Part shown: positions 14,201 to 28,506 of the stretch, piece after piece | How positions within the stretch are numbered: position 1 is the first letter of the stretch | Layout of the letters: each line of letters opens with the position of its first letter | NCBI RefSeq assembly: GCF_041956535.1 | Contig: NW_027192192.1 | Location: forward strand, 307,051 to 371,050 | Length of the DNA stretch: 64,000 bases | Direction: 5' to 3' | DNA from: Calcarisporiella thermophila CBS 279.70 | Lineage: Eukaryota > Fungi > Calcarisporiellomycota | The notes under the pieces: generated by a model | The model's database searches: none | What the model was told of the DNA's origin: nothing | The model's input: the letters and a program-made list of their open reading frames with translations, nothing else | Made by a program: the position numbers and the translations under genes

Positions 14201-15513
14201 CCTCAGACCCATCCCCACAAAATCTGGAAAAAGTGACCGTAGCCGCTTCCGAGCACCAGACAGTGCATGGACTCTCTTCGCTTTCTCTTAATGATGCCCA
14301 GACGGCGGAGGAAAGCGAGCATGTAGCTGACATGCCTAGTCAAATTATTTCGAGTCCGCAGGCGTCCGAAAAGAAACAGACCAATATAGCGAGCCCAATC
14401 TCCTCGGAGCCTTCGGTAGATGCGCCCGTCTCACTCCCATTCCCTGTTTCCTCAGCGCCTAAACAAGCGTCGGCTGTACCTTCTGTATGGCCTCCAGGTA
14501 AAGAAAACAAAGCTCCCTCATTACGCGAGATTCAGGCAGTTGAGGAACGTGAAGCCGCTGAGCGGAAAGCGGCCATGGCTGCGTCCTCGCTTGCGCAACA
14601 GGCCACCTCGAATGAGGGTCGTCATACCAAACAACCCCCCCTCATTTGGGACACTCCCCTGTCAGCTGATCATGCCGCCGACGAGTCGCATAACTCTTCA
14701 ACTGGTCAACCCGCAGCTCCCGCTTGGGGTAGCACCTCAGCTCCCAAGAAGACACTACTTGAGATTCAGCGAGAGGAAGAGGAGGCCAAACAGCGTCGCA
14801 ACCGATTGCGCGAGTCGCAGGCACAAGATGGTAGCGGATTGGTCTTATCCCAAGCTTCGGGAAAGCGATATGCTGACACAGTTGCGGCTAATGCCTGGAA
14901 GACCCCCTCTTGGACTGCTGTGGCCACCCGGAACACTACCGCTGGAGTCAAGACCATCTCTGCGCGATCGCAACCCATTAGCCCGCCTACCAGCAATGGA
15001 CCGCGCCAGATCACTCCTTCTGGCGCCGCTCCGCCTGCCTGGGATACTGAGACTCTCAAAGGTCCCGTTAATGGAAATCGACAGCCAGGCGTTCAGCAGA
15101 GCGTAAAGCAGGCCAGCGCCGGGAAGTCAAGGAGCCAGCCGACCTCGTCACACGACTCAGGTAACTCGAAGGGGCCTGGAGAAGAATTTTTGCGCTGGTT
15201 AAAACAGGCACTGCGGGGATTGAGTGAGGTGAACGTGGAAGAATTCATCCAGATGCTCCTCACTTTCCCGCTTGATCCTCCGCCTGGGACTATGGAAATC
15301 ATCTCGGAGTCGGTCTACGCACACTCACAGTCCCTCAATGGTCGTCGTTTTGCCGAAGAGTTCGTGCGACGTCGCAAACTAGATGCTCAGGGCTTGCCCC
15401 AGCCGGCCTTCGTGGACCTTCATCGCACTGCGGCTACCACCCGTGAAGACCAAGGCAACTCGGGCTTCAAGGTGGTGACCACCAAAAAAACCAAGAAGAA
15501 AACCTCAGCTTAA
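11230..15513 (+). CDS. GYF-domain protein, GIGYF/Smy2 family
   Basis: N-terminal MNFGPEW; 4EHP-binding-like FKYSRELMLSL; intron-split GYF domain QWFYEDTSGSVQ|GPFSSKEMHDWYKAGFF; SLREIQ/TLLEIQREEE repeats; C-terminal FAEEFVRRRK. Confidence 0.88.
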
Positions 15514-15694
15514 GATACTCTGAATTTTGGACATTTCCCCATTTCTCTAAGGAAAAAGGATGATGGCTGTTTTCTTATTTTATTTATCGATGGAACATTA
15601 CAATATGCCATGAAATAAAATTATTATTCCAACAATGCAAAGGTGTGTGATAAAAAGAAAAGTCGCGATAATAAGTTACAGGTGTATAAGTCCG

Positions 15695-17561
15695 CTAGGA
15701 TTTTGTCTTTTTCTGGCCCGATGCCGCTCTACCTTTGGCGCTCTTGATTTTCTTTTGCGAATTGGCCTTCGCGTCCGCTCCTTCAAGAAGTTGCCGTTTC
15801 TTGGCGTGGAGCTCTCGCCGCTCTCCAAACTTGATGTCGTGCAGGTGCTTTAAGGAGAGAAGTCAGAGGCTCACTCAGTTCAACTATCAAATAAGCTCTG
15901 GCTTACCATGCTTGCCACCCGCTTGGCGGTGGTCACTTCGGTGAGTAGGTCGAGGACCTTTTTCTCGACTACCTCATATTCCTCCATAGTTTTCCCTTTT
16001 AAAACACACCCGGACACACAAAGAAAAAACAAAATTAGTCACTACCAAAAATCCTTCATAAAATGAAGAGAGGGGATGGGGCAATGATTACATACCGGTT
16101 CTTTCCTCGATGCTTTGCACCAATTGCACATCTCTTTCAGACACAAGGGTCAGTGACATACCCCCGCGCCCAGCTCTTGCGGTACGTCCCACGCGATGGA
16201 TGTAGTCAGCGGGATCGCGCGGCACATCATAGTTGATGACTAGTTGGACAGTCGGGATATCAAGCCCACTAAGATGGGTTGACTTTGTTAAGAAGGTCCC
16301 AATATAAGAGAGGAGAGCATCAGGCAAGACTTACCGAGAGCCCACATCGGTCGCGATGAGAACTCGGACTGTTTCCGCCTTGAACTTTCCCAGACTAGCC
16401 AACCGCTCCGACTGTTTCATTTCCGAGTGCAGTGCTGTACATCGCACGCCAAGCTCGCGTAGCATCACGTTTAATAGCTCGGCTGTTGCACATCGTCCGC
16501 AGAAAATAATGGTTGATCGGTCTTCGAGTTGGGGTATCCGTAGTAAATACGTGAGATAAGTCTCGCGCACGTGGCTCGGTATAAATACATAGCGCTGGTC
16601 AAGTTTGGAAACGGTTTGTTCTCGTGTATCGCATATATATACAAAGGGTTTTTTGGATGGGTCTGATTCACTATCGCGCAGCGCCAAAATATTTTCCGTC
16701 ATAGTGGCGGTGAAGAGGAGCGTCTGGCGTTTTTGTGGGAGTTGGTTGAATATGACGGAAAGATCGGAGGCAAAGGTAGACGAGAGAAGGCGATCGGCCT
16801 CATCTAGTACGAGGAATCGCACCCGTGAAAGACTAACCGCGTTAGGGCTGCTCTCTATGTGATCACGTAAGCGACCAGGTGTGGCAATAATGACGTGGGG
16901 CCGACGGGAGAGCTCGATGGCCTGCTTCATCATGTCTATGGAGCCAGAGATATTAGGGAGAGTGTGGCTGTAAATTCTGAAAAAGGTGTGAAGAATACCT
17001 AGTCCCCCCACAACGACACAATCTTTGAGGTTAATACCGCGACCGAGCACACGAAATTGTTCAGCAATTTGGAAGGTCAGCTCTCTGTTGAAAATCCAGA
17101 CCTCAGTGAGATTGCTTGTTACTGCTTAAAAGAGGCAACCTACAAACCTTGTCGGGGTTAATACCACAGCAAAAACTCCATAGGGATCTTCAGAGAGTTT
17201 TTGAAGGATGGGCAAGGCAAATGCCGCCGTCTTCCCGGAGCCGGTTTTGGCCCCTCCAATGACATTTTTTCCTTTCCATGCAAAAATTAGAGATCAGCTT
17301 TTGCTGTAAAAGCAGTTAGGAAGAAAAACACATACCTTCGAGGATAGGCGGAATACAAGCTCTTTGAATCTCGGACGGCTTTCGGATAGCCATTGCATCC
17401 AAGGCATCGACAAGAAATTCGCTCAATCCCAGCTCGCCGAAAGTAGCAGAGGGAATTTTAGCATCTTCGTCATCCGAGTCTATCCCGTTGTGTTTTCTGG
17501 TATCTTCCTCGTCTCTTAGGCCTAGTTCTTTTAACAAGTGCTCTTGCGGTAAATGTGTCAT
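15695..17561 (-). CDS. DBP8: DEAD-box RNA helicase DBP8/DDX49
   Basis: [38 protein letters not shown] variant of [30 protein letters not shown]. Confidence 0.92.
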
Positions 17562-17835
17562 TGTGTCATCTATCGGTCTAGGAGAGATGAAATTGTATTT
17601 GTTTGCTAATTTTCAATTAAAATTAGCAGTCACTTAGGCCTCAATGCTTACTGTTTTTGTGTAACCAGCAGCGGAGAACGCTCTAACAGCGCGTTACCAA
17701 CCATTACATCGGCAGAGAGAGAACTTTTCTATTAATAAAGTTAGTGCATCATCGTTCTATTTTCCTTTTCGCCCATTTCTGATCTATACTCTTTGTCCCC
17801 CTAATTTTCCCCCATCTCGCTGAATTGAGACGCAA

Positions 17836-18906
17836 ATGAAGGCGACTCCCTTCCTCTACTCTCTGGCCGTTCTTGCCGCCGTTCAAGCGCAGGTCCCATC
17901 TAGCGCGCCTGGTATAAGAATGCAGAACATAATGTAGATTAGGTCTTATGATTAACTGCTGATTTTGTTTACAGTTTGCGACAATTGTCCCGCGGTAATT
18001 CCTACTACGTGCACCAAGGTATGCCCTCAAGTTGCCCCCTCATGTCCCGCTGGCTGCCCGGGCGGCTGTAAACTGTATAACACGTAAGTTGACACTGTCT
18101 TGTGACTCTTGTTAGTGCACCTGCGGATTTATGCATTACATATATGCAGTGATCCGTGCTGCCCGAATGTCGGGATTCCCTACTGCCCGCCCACTCAGGC
18201 TTGTACCAAGATTGCATGCCCGCAAGTTGCGCCTGCCTGTCCGGCCGAGTGCCCTAACGGTTGTCTGGTCACCGCTGCAGACCCTTGCTGTCCTCTCGCT
18301 GGCACTGCTACTTGCCCTGCAAATAACACGTCGGCTGGAATTCCTTCTGCCTCAGTGCCGGCTTCCCATTCGCTCTCGCGGACTTCGGTCATCACAAGCA
18401 TTCTTACGCAGGCTCCGTCGTCCTCCGCCCCCCCTGCTGCAACGAGCATACCCGCTCCGAATTCATCCTCAAAGCCCGCAGACTCCAGCTCCAGCAAGCC
18501 CCCCTCATCCACGATCATCCCGCCCGTGATCACCTCGGTCCTCACCATTACGAAGAGCGCCTCCACGGTTGTCTCAACGACGGTCGTCGTCTCCAGCGTC
18601 ACCTCCTCCACTTCAATCACCTCTTCAGCCACCAAGACAATCACCAAGACGGTGACTCTTGCGGACCCGACCACGGTGAAAGAAAAAGAAAAAGATAAGC
18701 CGGAGCCCACCCCTGACGAGCCTGAGCAGGATCCCGGGGTGGATGTGGTTGTCGTGACCATTACTTCGAAACCTGCCGGCGGCGCCGCGCCCTCTAACTC
18801 AGCCAATCCTCAGATTCCGTTTTTGCAGTCGTCTAGTGGCTTCAAGTTGAGCGTGCAGAGGATTGTTTCAGGTGCATTGATTATGCTTGGCTCGATCTTA
18901 TTCTAA
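17836..18906 (+). CDS. Secreted, probably GPI-anchored cell-surface protein with tandem Cys-rich repeats and an S/T-rich stalk (2 introns)
   Basis: Signal MKATPFLYSLAVLAAVQA; two CTK-x-CPQVAPxCPAxCPxGC...DPCCP repeats; S/T/P-rich stalk; hydrophobic C-terminus after SSG. Confidence 0.78.
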
Positions 18907-19414
18907 TATTTAAAGCCTATTTATTAATGTTGTATTATGATTCCCTTTGCCTTTGTTAATGAGTGTGATAACCTATATATTTATCAGCATCCTGCCAATA
19001 ATAAAGGATATTTCTAATTTTCCTCGTGGCAATGCCATTCATGTTAGCCTCAACGTGTACGTTTTAATTTTCAAGAAAAGAGACACCGATCCCGCAGCAT
19101 AGCCCCATCACTAACAAGCCTCATTTTTGCAACTGATTTTACTTTTCTCAGGTCTTACTTTTCTAATCGAACATTTTGAATTTGGACTAAGTGTCGCGTG
19201 CAGCAAATTGCAAGCTTGCTGAATCAATCGCAAAAGTTCAAGAATAAGAAAGGGCACATTACAAGGAATCGTCAAGTAGTAACGGCGACATCAAGGGGGA
19301 GGAAAACGATTAATCGACACTTCGGCTCATTTCCCTCGCTTTTTATTCTTTTTTTTTCACTTTCTTCTCAGGGGCACATTGTTACATGAGCACAGCCCTC
19401 AATTACATGCTGCA

Positions 19415-22400
19415 ATGTCACTGAAAAGGTTACAGAGGTCCCTTCCCCATCTTATTGCGTGTCTCCTAACACTTGATTCCACTCTCTAATTTAGACATCG
19501 GCCGGTTACTTCGCTCTCCACCCGAAGCCGGGTGAATCATCGGCCCGGTCAGCTCCCCCCTCTTCAGACAGCAGTATCCGAAGATTCAAATGCACTAATG
19601 AACGAACTCATTGCGATCGCTTCCGGCGGTCCTGACTCAGCCAATCTTACTGATGGCAACTTTACTCACTCTCCTCATCCCATAAGCGCATCCAGCCACA
19701 ATGCGGAACACCCTCCAGATCGCAGCATTCCAACAGCCAATACGCAGTACCTCACGCAGGTCGAGAGTGTTGTAGGTTTCTCTTTAGTCAATTACAAGGA
19801 GTTGCTCGATTTTCTCATACTGATATAATTGTAGCTGCTTCAACCCCGCCAAAACTCGACAGCTTCCGTGGTGGATCCAAGCTACGAGCCAGGTGTCAAT
19901 TCCACCCAATACCCGCAGTATGAATACACTAGAGGACAGGAACGCGTTTTTTACGGTCCCCCAATTTCGTTAGAGCAGTATGGTAACCTGCCCGAATTCT
20001 CTCCCTATCACTCATATCCTTTGCCTGGTGATGGCACAATTCTCATGCCTACACCGGAGGGACAATATACTTTTCAGCCCTATACTCCTGCCGGGAATCC
20101 TGAGTCCAATCCTGGAGCGTATCCCCCTGAAACATACAATCCTTATCCGCAGATGATTGCAGTAGGCTATCCCTATATGACTGACGCTTCTGGAGGATAC
20201 ATATACCCCCCAGAACAGTTTGCTCCGAGTTTATACCCATACGCTTACTACGGCCCAAATTATCCTCCTGACGAAAGCTACTATGATGGGCGAATTACAT
20301 CAGAGAGCGAACCTAGTGGTGGTTCCCAACAACATCAACAACAGCAGCTACAACAGCAACAACAGCAGCAGCAGCAGCAGCAATCACAACAGCAACAACA
20401 ACCGCCAAAACCGCCAAATCCGCTACAATCCGATGAAAATGGAAGTAAGATAACTTCAACCACACTAAATAATACCTCTAGCAGTAGCAAAACCGGATTT
20501 GTCGGCACCAGGATTGGTAGCACCATTACACCAATAACTACAAGAACTAATAGAGACGATAGCGATGATGATTGGCTTGAATCACCTGGTTTTCACCCTT
20601 CCAAAACTCTACCCCTTCCCCTACCTTCCGAAAATCCTGTACTTACAGAATCCATCGCAACCCCTCCTCCCGCTTCTGAGACGGTCACCGTTGGCCCTCG
20701 ACATACTACAAATAATGGGGATGAAGACTGGCTTTCGGGTTCTCCAGGTTGGCAGCCAAGTGGAGGGGGCAGAGAGGATGATTCCCGCGAATGGCGGTCG
20801 GAATCCGATGGTTCACCCGGGTGGCAACCAAACTATACCGCAAAAAAACAGGCGGAAGTATCTACCGAAAACCAGCTTCCAGAAGATTTTGTCCCGCATC
20901 TCAATCTTCCGCTACCCAAACAAACTGCACCTCAGTGTGATCCTGCACTACTCTCCACCCTTGGTTATTGGTTTTACAAAGAAATCGTCGCACACTGTTT
21001 AATGCGTGACCTCTACTGCACGCTAGAATACCCGCTTAGCTTTACCGGATCTGAAGCGGTGGTAATATTGATTAATAATTCATTGATCATTTCGCAGCTG
21101 CAACATATGTAATTTTCTATGTCTTAGGATGTGATGCGTAAGCTGCACCCAACGGGGTTCCCGGAAGAATTTATACTCAATTCCCTCAAATCTCTCATCA
21201 AGGCAAAGGTGTTTCGGGCTGTACCCGAGTACTCTACTAAACGCAAGGAGGTCATCAATTCGATTAGTGAAATTTACACTTTTGACGAAGAAAACAGCGA
21301 TAATTTTGGCTATAGCCATGGTATATATAAGAATGCCTCTATTTTAGAGGAGGAGCTTCCACATATACCGCAGACAGTTTGTGTGTGGTCCTCTCCTTGC
21401 TATAGCTGGTCGTGTCGTGCTGGACTGTCGGGCCCATGCTACGCTATTTCATGTCCAACTAGGTATAAACTAGAGGTAATTCCGTCGAGCGTGTATTCTA
21501 GTATCTTCGATCGATTAACTTTATTACCTCAATTTCTCAGAGCGAGGCATTGAGTGAAGGCTCAGATCTTGGCCGCAAAACCAGCGTATCCTCTAACTCC
21601 TCTTCCTCAGAAATTTCGGTAATATATCTAGTTGGGCACGATTCCAGTGATTATTTTATATAGGTAACCTTTTTTTTGCTACTTCTATCTATATTATAGT
21701 ACCAATCCTCATGGTCGGAGTCAGTGCCGAGAGAAACACGAGAGACTTTATCTAAAGACGAAATTAAAAGACAAGAGGCCATATATGAACTCACCTACAC
21801 CGAAGAGAACTACGTGCGTGATCTTGAAATTTTGGATGAGGTTAGTAATCGTCGTTCATAATTTCATAAAGCTCCGCTCTCAACTAATTTCCTATTAGAT
21901 TTTCGCGAAGAATATCTGGAACTCTACTGCGATTGACATCGAACGACGCGATAAATTTGTCCGTGAAGTATTAAGCAATCATAAGGAACTACATAAGCTT
22001 CACCGCGCTTTCTCCCAAGCTCTCCGCAAACGACAGGAGAAAATGATTGTCGATTATATTGGCGACATTCTCACGGACCACTTAGGCAGGCTCCAAGCGG
22101 TATATCTTATTTACGGACCGAATGTCCCGCTGGCAGAGGGTAAAATAAACCAAGAAAAAGCGAGCAACCCAGAGTTTGCAGCCCTGATTCAGGTAGCTTT
22201 GTCAATGCTTACCCAATCCTAGTTTAAACCGACTCATTGATTTTCAAAACAATTGTTTAGTCGTGCGAGAAACAACCAGAAACTCAGCGACATTATTTCC
22301 GGCACTTTTTGATGTCGCCTATCACAAGAATGCAACGCTATCCCTTACTCCTAGACGCCATTCTCAAGCGCACGCCGGAAGATCACTGGGATTATACCAT

Positions 22401-24386
22401 GATCCGAAGCTGCATAGATACGGTGCGTGGTATCTGCGTCGCAATGGATGAGAAGACGAAAGAGACGAGGGATCGCGTTAAATTCAGGCAAATCCAGGAT
22501 GGTCTAAAATTCAAGTCCGAAAATGACGTAGTAGACTTGTGCCTTGGTCAGCAAGGAAGAGAATTGATCCATGAAGGGCGACTCAAGAAGCGTTCTGCAA
22601 TGGGTCTCGAGATGCTTGAATTGACTTGCTTCTTGTTCGACCATTGCCTGCTGATGACAAAAATGCGCAAGACGCGGAATCAAGTAGAATATCGCGTCTC
22701 TCGTCGGCCAATCCCGATTGAACTGCTTGCCTTTTCCCATTCCGAGGGAATCTCGCCCAAACGTGAAACGTCCGCTTTCTCGATTTTCTCTCATGGGTCA
22801 ACGACCAACGTTCCATCAGGAGGTGGAGCAGATAGTGGGCCCCTCACCGACAAGCATGGTCCGTACTCGTTCAATATTGTCCACTTGGGCCGACATGGTG
22901 CAACGTACACATTTTATGCGAATTCAACCATTGAGCGGCGAGTGTGGTTGGAGAAACTGTCGCTTGCATTGCAAAAGCACCGTGAGCGCAGAGCTGGACA
23001 AGAGCCTTTTATTGCCAACCCGTTACAGACAAGCGCGATCAGTGGGCGAATTACATGCTCGGCAGCATTCAGTAAGCACCCTCGTTTCATGTATATTCGG
23101 CTTGATTTAAATACACTTCTCTTTAATATAGCACGAGGCGACGGCACACAATCGGTCGTCGTTGGCACAAGTGGAGGTGTTTGGGAAAGCTTCATTAGCG
23201 GTGGGGAGGTTCGCTTCCAACAAGTGTTGAGCATTCAGAATATTACACAGATGGAAATACTCGAAAAAGAAAGGGCATTCATCGTCCTCGCTGGTATTTC
23301 TATCTTGAAGCAGTTGGCATTTCAGCATACTAATGAGATTTTTTCTTCACTCCAACCAAGACAAATTTCTCTATGCTTTCTCCCTCGATGCTCTGTTTGC
23401 TGATCCCTACAGACGTTCAGGGATTCCTGTACCGCGTGAGCCACAAAAGCTCGATAAAAACGTGAACTTCTTCCAGGTTGGGTATTGGGTTGATGATCTG
23501 ATAATTATTTCAGTGCGGCGGAAGAGCAGCGAAAGCAACTTCTTGGTGCTTGAGTACATTGGGAATTGCAATCAGCCACTCACCGATAAAGTGAACTGGT
23601 TCCGTGCAACGAGGGTATGTTACCGCGGGGACTGAAGGAGACATCAGAGAGCTTATTGGATTTTGTATTAGAATTTCCAAATCAATGGAGAAGCGAGTCG
23701 CATCCAGTTCTTACGTAGCCGAATTGCAATCGCATGTAAGCGTGAGTTCTCTCTTGTCAACCTCGACCACCTGGGCCATAACCGTCAGCTACCGGATGTG
23801 AAAGATCAACAATTCAGCTTCGTGGCTAACTCAGATAGCTCGCTTAAGCCCCTAGGGATGTTCCGATACGGGGGGATGTACTTGCTGTGCTATAATGGTG
23901 GGTGTATTTTTACCCGGATATGCTCGACGGTATATTAATACTCTTGAATATGATTAGCCTTTTGTTTCTTCGTGGATGACCACGGCCGTTTTGCCCAGAA
24001 TTCGGTTCGATTTGAATGGGTGGGACTACCCGATGACATCTGTGAGTATAACCCTCACATTACGATTTTACTTTCGTACCATAAAAAATGGCAAACTTTC
24101 GTAGATCTCTATGACCATTACGTTATTGGTTTTGACGAAAACTTTATTGAGATACGCTCGGTGCAAACGGTAAGCAAGCGTCATTTGTTTATATCATTTC
24201 GGGAAAAACCAGAGATTCTAACCCATAAGGTTATAGGGTGAACTCGTGCAAATTATCCCAGGCAAAGGCATGCGCTGTCTCTACTCCTCGACCAACTTTT
24301 TCTCAGGCGAACTCATGCTTTTTGCGTGCTGCGATCAACCTGGAGCTACTGACCGAGTTTTCCAGCTGAAAATGAATCCTCTCTAA
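19415..24386 (+). CDS. Rho1 guanine-nucleotide exchange factor, ROM1/ROM2/Rgf type (DEP-like, DH, PH, CNH domains); start codon inferred
   Basis: SFTGSEAV; EIKRQEAIYELTYTEENYVRDL; SPITRMQRYPLLLDAILKRTP; PH region FLFDHCLLMTK..RRPIPIELL; CNH region FEWVG, FDENFIEIR. Confidence 0.9.
20327..20401 (+). repeat. CAA/CAG microsatellite encoding polyQ in the RhoGEF
   Basis: caacaacatcaacaacagcagctacaacagcaacaacagcagcagcagcagcagcaa... Confidence 0.9.
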
Positions 24387-25103
24387 GCGCTGTCTTTTAT
24401 TTTCTGTTTCTTTTAATTGTTTTTTTATTTTGTTTCCCCTATTTCCCCCCCCCCCCCCCTATAAGATCAAAATAGCAAAGTTTACCTCCCTCCGCTTTTT
24501 TTTTATTCACATATTATGCTATTTAATTTATTTTCAAGTTCATAATTTTTTATACTTGCCATAGAACTCTTAATAGCTGCTCTGTTCTCATGCTTTCACA
24601 CCTTTTTTACCCGCGTTATTTTTTTCTATATTATTTATTACATACTTTTTAGTTACAGTTTAGTTTCTTGTCTTCAATGCTGACACGTTAAGTAATAAAA
24701 GAATTCTCTGCGTTTGTGGCTTGTTCAAGAAATTTCTCTTATTTCATTCCTGTGTGGAACTATTCTATCTTGCCTTGCTCTATCTCTTCAAGTCTGCTCA
24801 CCTAGGCTAATTGCATTGAAATTTGAATACCTTCTCGCATTTTGTTTTCGCATGGTATTATTTCCCCTATTTTTCTAGCATTATATTTAGTTTCCTTCAT
24901 AGCTCCTTCAAGCCTTTTAGGGCCATTGCCCTTTAATGACTGCGTCAGCTGCACATAGAAGAGCCAACTCACCGCCCTCCCCTGCTCTTTAAATTGCCTC
25001 ATACTATTTTTCCCTCTCTCCTCTTCAGCTACCCCCGAATCTTCTGCACTAGTTTACATTTGCACCTCACTCTGCCCTTTTTTACTAATTATCTCCATTC
25101 TCG

Positions 25104-27363
25104 ATGGCTGCTCTTCCTCCCAATTCGCGCATGGTACTGGGTGGCTATGGCGACCAGAAGAAACATGCACCAGCAGTAGCATTTCGACTAACCAAAGAAG
25201 CCTTGGATGCAATTCTCGATGGACACAAAAATAACATATCTATCAAGGTCCAACTTGGGAAGAATGGGGTTACTATCACTTACAAGGGAGCTTTAATTGA
25301 GATTGCTAATCCTGGTTTATATTTTTATAAAGGTTCTCACGGTTGGGTCTCAAACCTTCCACATTGCAAGCGTGGATGCCATCACACAGCCGACAGATTT
25401 GTACAAAAGCGCTACATTGCAAGGGGACCAACGACTAGACTTGACAGCGCGGATCACACATAAAGCCACGGTGCGGAGGGAGCTCAGTGCTGGCCTTAAG
25501 GATCGGTTCAAGAGTCTGACCCAGGCTGCGGAACAAGAAAAGCATGCTCGACAGTCAGTGTTGCTCGACCCGGCAGAAAGTGAGATCTCCCGCTCTACCT
25601 TCTCCTTCTATCTTACATCTGTGAGAAATGCTTAATTCATTTCCAATTCCTCTACTAGTTATGGCAGAAAAGAAACGATCCAAAGCGCAGGCTTCGCGGA
25701 AAGCACGGCCAACTTCTATTATTCCACCAACGGTGACGGTTACTGCACCCCTCTCCAGTCCAAGCCAGCTGCAGTCCTTGCGTAAGCGTGTACTGCAGTT
25801 CCTAGCGCTCTCCAAGTCGGCAAGCGATTTCGATATGATCATGAGTAAAACCTACTCACGAAAAGATGATTTATTGGCGATCCTCAACTCAGTATGAGTT
25901 TAATCTGTCATGCTGCAGCTCTTTTTTTATTTACATCCTTCTTTTCTATGTGCAACTAGGTGGCGATCAACGTTGGCTATAACAAGTGGACACTTAAGCC
26001 CCAGTCTTATAAAGAAGTTGATTACTATTGGCGAGTATATACCACTCATGATCGCGAACAAGCCATCCGAAATGGGCGCAAAGCGTTCGAGAGTCTAAAA
26101 CTTCCTCCTGATGCACCAGAGTGGGCACTGCTTGAACCACCTGTTCCTTCGCCTCGTATGGTCCCACCGGCATCCTATCCTACTAGTACATCTGGCACCT
26201 CGACACCTGCCGTCAAAAGTAATGAATCCACGCCAGAAAGTGCGGCCTCTAAGCGAAAAACTTCAGGGCGGACCGCTAAAGGGACCAAAGCTAGCGCATC
26301 AAAAACTAAAACAAAAAAGACGAATAAAAAGGAATTATCCGAGATGGAAACGGACGCGGCGACGTCTACGGCAGGCAAAACAGTAGCAGCTTCACAATCA
26401 AGGAAGGCGTCCGGTGCAAACTCTTCCGAAGAATTGAGTGGGAGTGGTAAAAAGCTCAAGGGAGCGGACTCCCTGACCGGTGTTCGAGATCATTCTCGCA
26501 AACGCCAGCCGGCGGGAGGAGGAGCAGCAGCAATAGATTCCACTGATTCCACTCCGCCAACTCGACGAGTCAACAAGCCCAAATCAAACGATATCAAACC
26601 AAACTCACTAGAAAAGAAAGCGTATATATCACCATCGTCATCGTCCCACAGCATCTCCAAGCGAGAGATCCCGCGCTCCGTAGCTGATTCCATGTCTTAC
26701 AGCAGGCAACACTTATCCCCACTTGTGGGAGAACTGTCAGACACGGGAACAAAAGCTCTTAGCCAGTCAAATCGAAACGGCCATACCCGCAGCACAAGTG
26801 CAAGCTCACTCTCCTCACCTGAAACGGCAGCCGCTGACCGCAAACGAAAAGTCGACACCGGCGCAAAGTCAGACACCACGCGCCCCTATAAAATCCCCAA
26901 GCGTAATGGTGGCCAGGTTGCAAATGAGCTCAAAATTGTGGACAATCTTGACGCGGTGTCCACATCCTCTTCCGCAAGCAACAGCGCTTCCACCACTCCC
27001 CTTCCCCGAGTAACAACTGTTGCGGAACTGCGCTCACTGCACGAATTATTCGCTGTTAAATACGCCGAGTACTCTGCTCTTAATGATCGCATTCAGCGCG
27101 AGCGACCGCAATTGGACGAGCTTTCTAAAAGGCTACAGCAAGCGCCTGCTGGTAGCGCAGAATACTCTCGAACTTTACACAAGATGACAGACTTAGTTCA
27201 GTCTCTTGGCATACGACAGATGTCAGCGAAATATATGCGGCTTCATAGAGAGATCGAGCGGATGAAGCGTGAGATTTGGAGCGCACATGAGCAGCTGTTC
27301 AAAGATCACCCGCATCTCCAACATCTTCAGCAACAGCAACACCATCAGCCCTCGGCTGCATGA
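25104..27363 (+). CDS. RNA polymerase II elongation factor ELL-like protein
   Basis: N-terminal ARITHKATV; central LRKRVLQFLAL...YKEVDYYWRVYT; C-terminal occludin/ELL-like helical domain FAVKYAEYSAL...KYMRLHREIERMKREI. Confidence 0.72.
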
Positions 27364-28317
27364 CGCCTCTATCAAATAGGTGCGATACTCTGTAAAAATA
27401 TTGAGAATGGAAATATATATTTCTATTTACAATGCCATTTATTACTATATAATCATTTATTTTATTAAACTTGAAAATTTCTACCTGAACTCTTTAATAA
27501 TATATTTCCCTTTTATTTCACTTTATAATTTTCACTGCGTTTGGATCATGCCTCTCATAAACTCTCACCAGATAGATCACTCAGTTAAATATTTACAATG
27601 CTGGGCGATAATGAAAAGGCTACTTTCCCTTGGCTATATGCCGCTGGGACGCCCTGATAACTGAGATATCCAAACGTACATGTATTCTGGAGATTGCAAG
27701 TTAGTTGCCTTGGTATGCTCGAATAATTCGAAAAAAAAAAATAACGAAGGCTAGATTTCGCATTGTGTTATCGTTACGTGGTAACTCCGTACAATCTCAA
27801 TTCTATTGAAGGCCCTAGTATGCATTGACCACATTAGTTGTCATTCAAATAATACTTTGGCACGCTAGTATTTTAAATGAACGGGGCCAATACCCATCAC
27901 AGGCAAAACTTGGCCAGTGCTAAAAAACCATTGAGGGGAAATTTCGACTGGTAGGGGTGCAGGTACTGTTGCGCAGATAATGGCTCAAAGAAGAAGAAAT
28001 AAAATGAAAAAAGTGTATAGGGAAATGCAGATTGTTTGTATGTGCAGACCATTGCATGAAAAAGGGGGAATGTACGATCAATGCGGGTACGATCCATAGA
28101 TGCTGAAACGAACAAGTTTCAATTGGAATTTTTATTAGGAAGAATGTTGCGAGGATGGTATAACGGGGTATACTTCTATACTAAAATAACCCAAGAAGGT
28201 TCTACATGATTAACTCAATACGATTTAAGTGTTAGATAACAATGTTATATGAAAAAATATATTTGAGATGACTATGAAAACTACTAGGCTGAATTGTATT
28301 TATTTAATTTAGATATT

Positions 28318-28490
28318 TTTCTTTTGAGATTAAAGGATCTTTTATTGAAAAGTCTCCTATACAAGTTAAATGAAAGGATTATACACTCTCTACCATTGCT
28401 TACATGTATTGCTTGTTTTACTGATGTCTACCAATATCAAACTATTAACGAAGTAGCTTAATACTCGATTCCTAGAGTATGTCCAGCACT
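28318..28490 (-). mobile_element. Possible older, 5'-truncated retroposed fragment at the same target site as the SINE
   Basis: Bounded by ATTAAATTTAGATATT (28491-28506) and a 1-mismatch copy ATTTAATTTAGATATT (28302-28317); A-rich end (AAAAGAAA) on the minus strand. Confidence 0.4.
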
Positions 28491-28506
28491 ATTAAATTTA
28501 GATATT

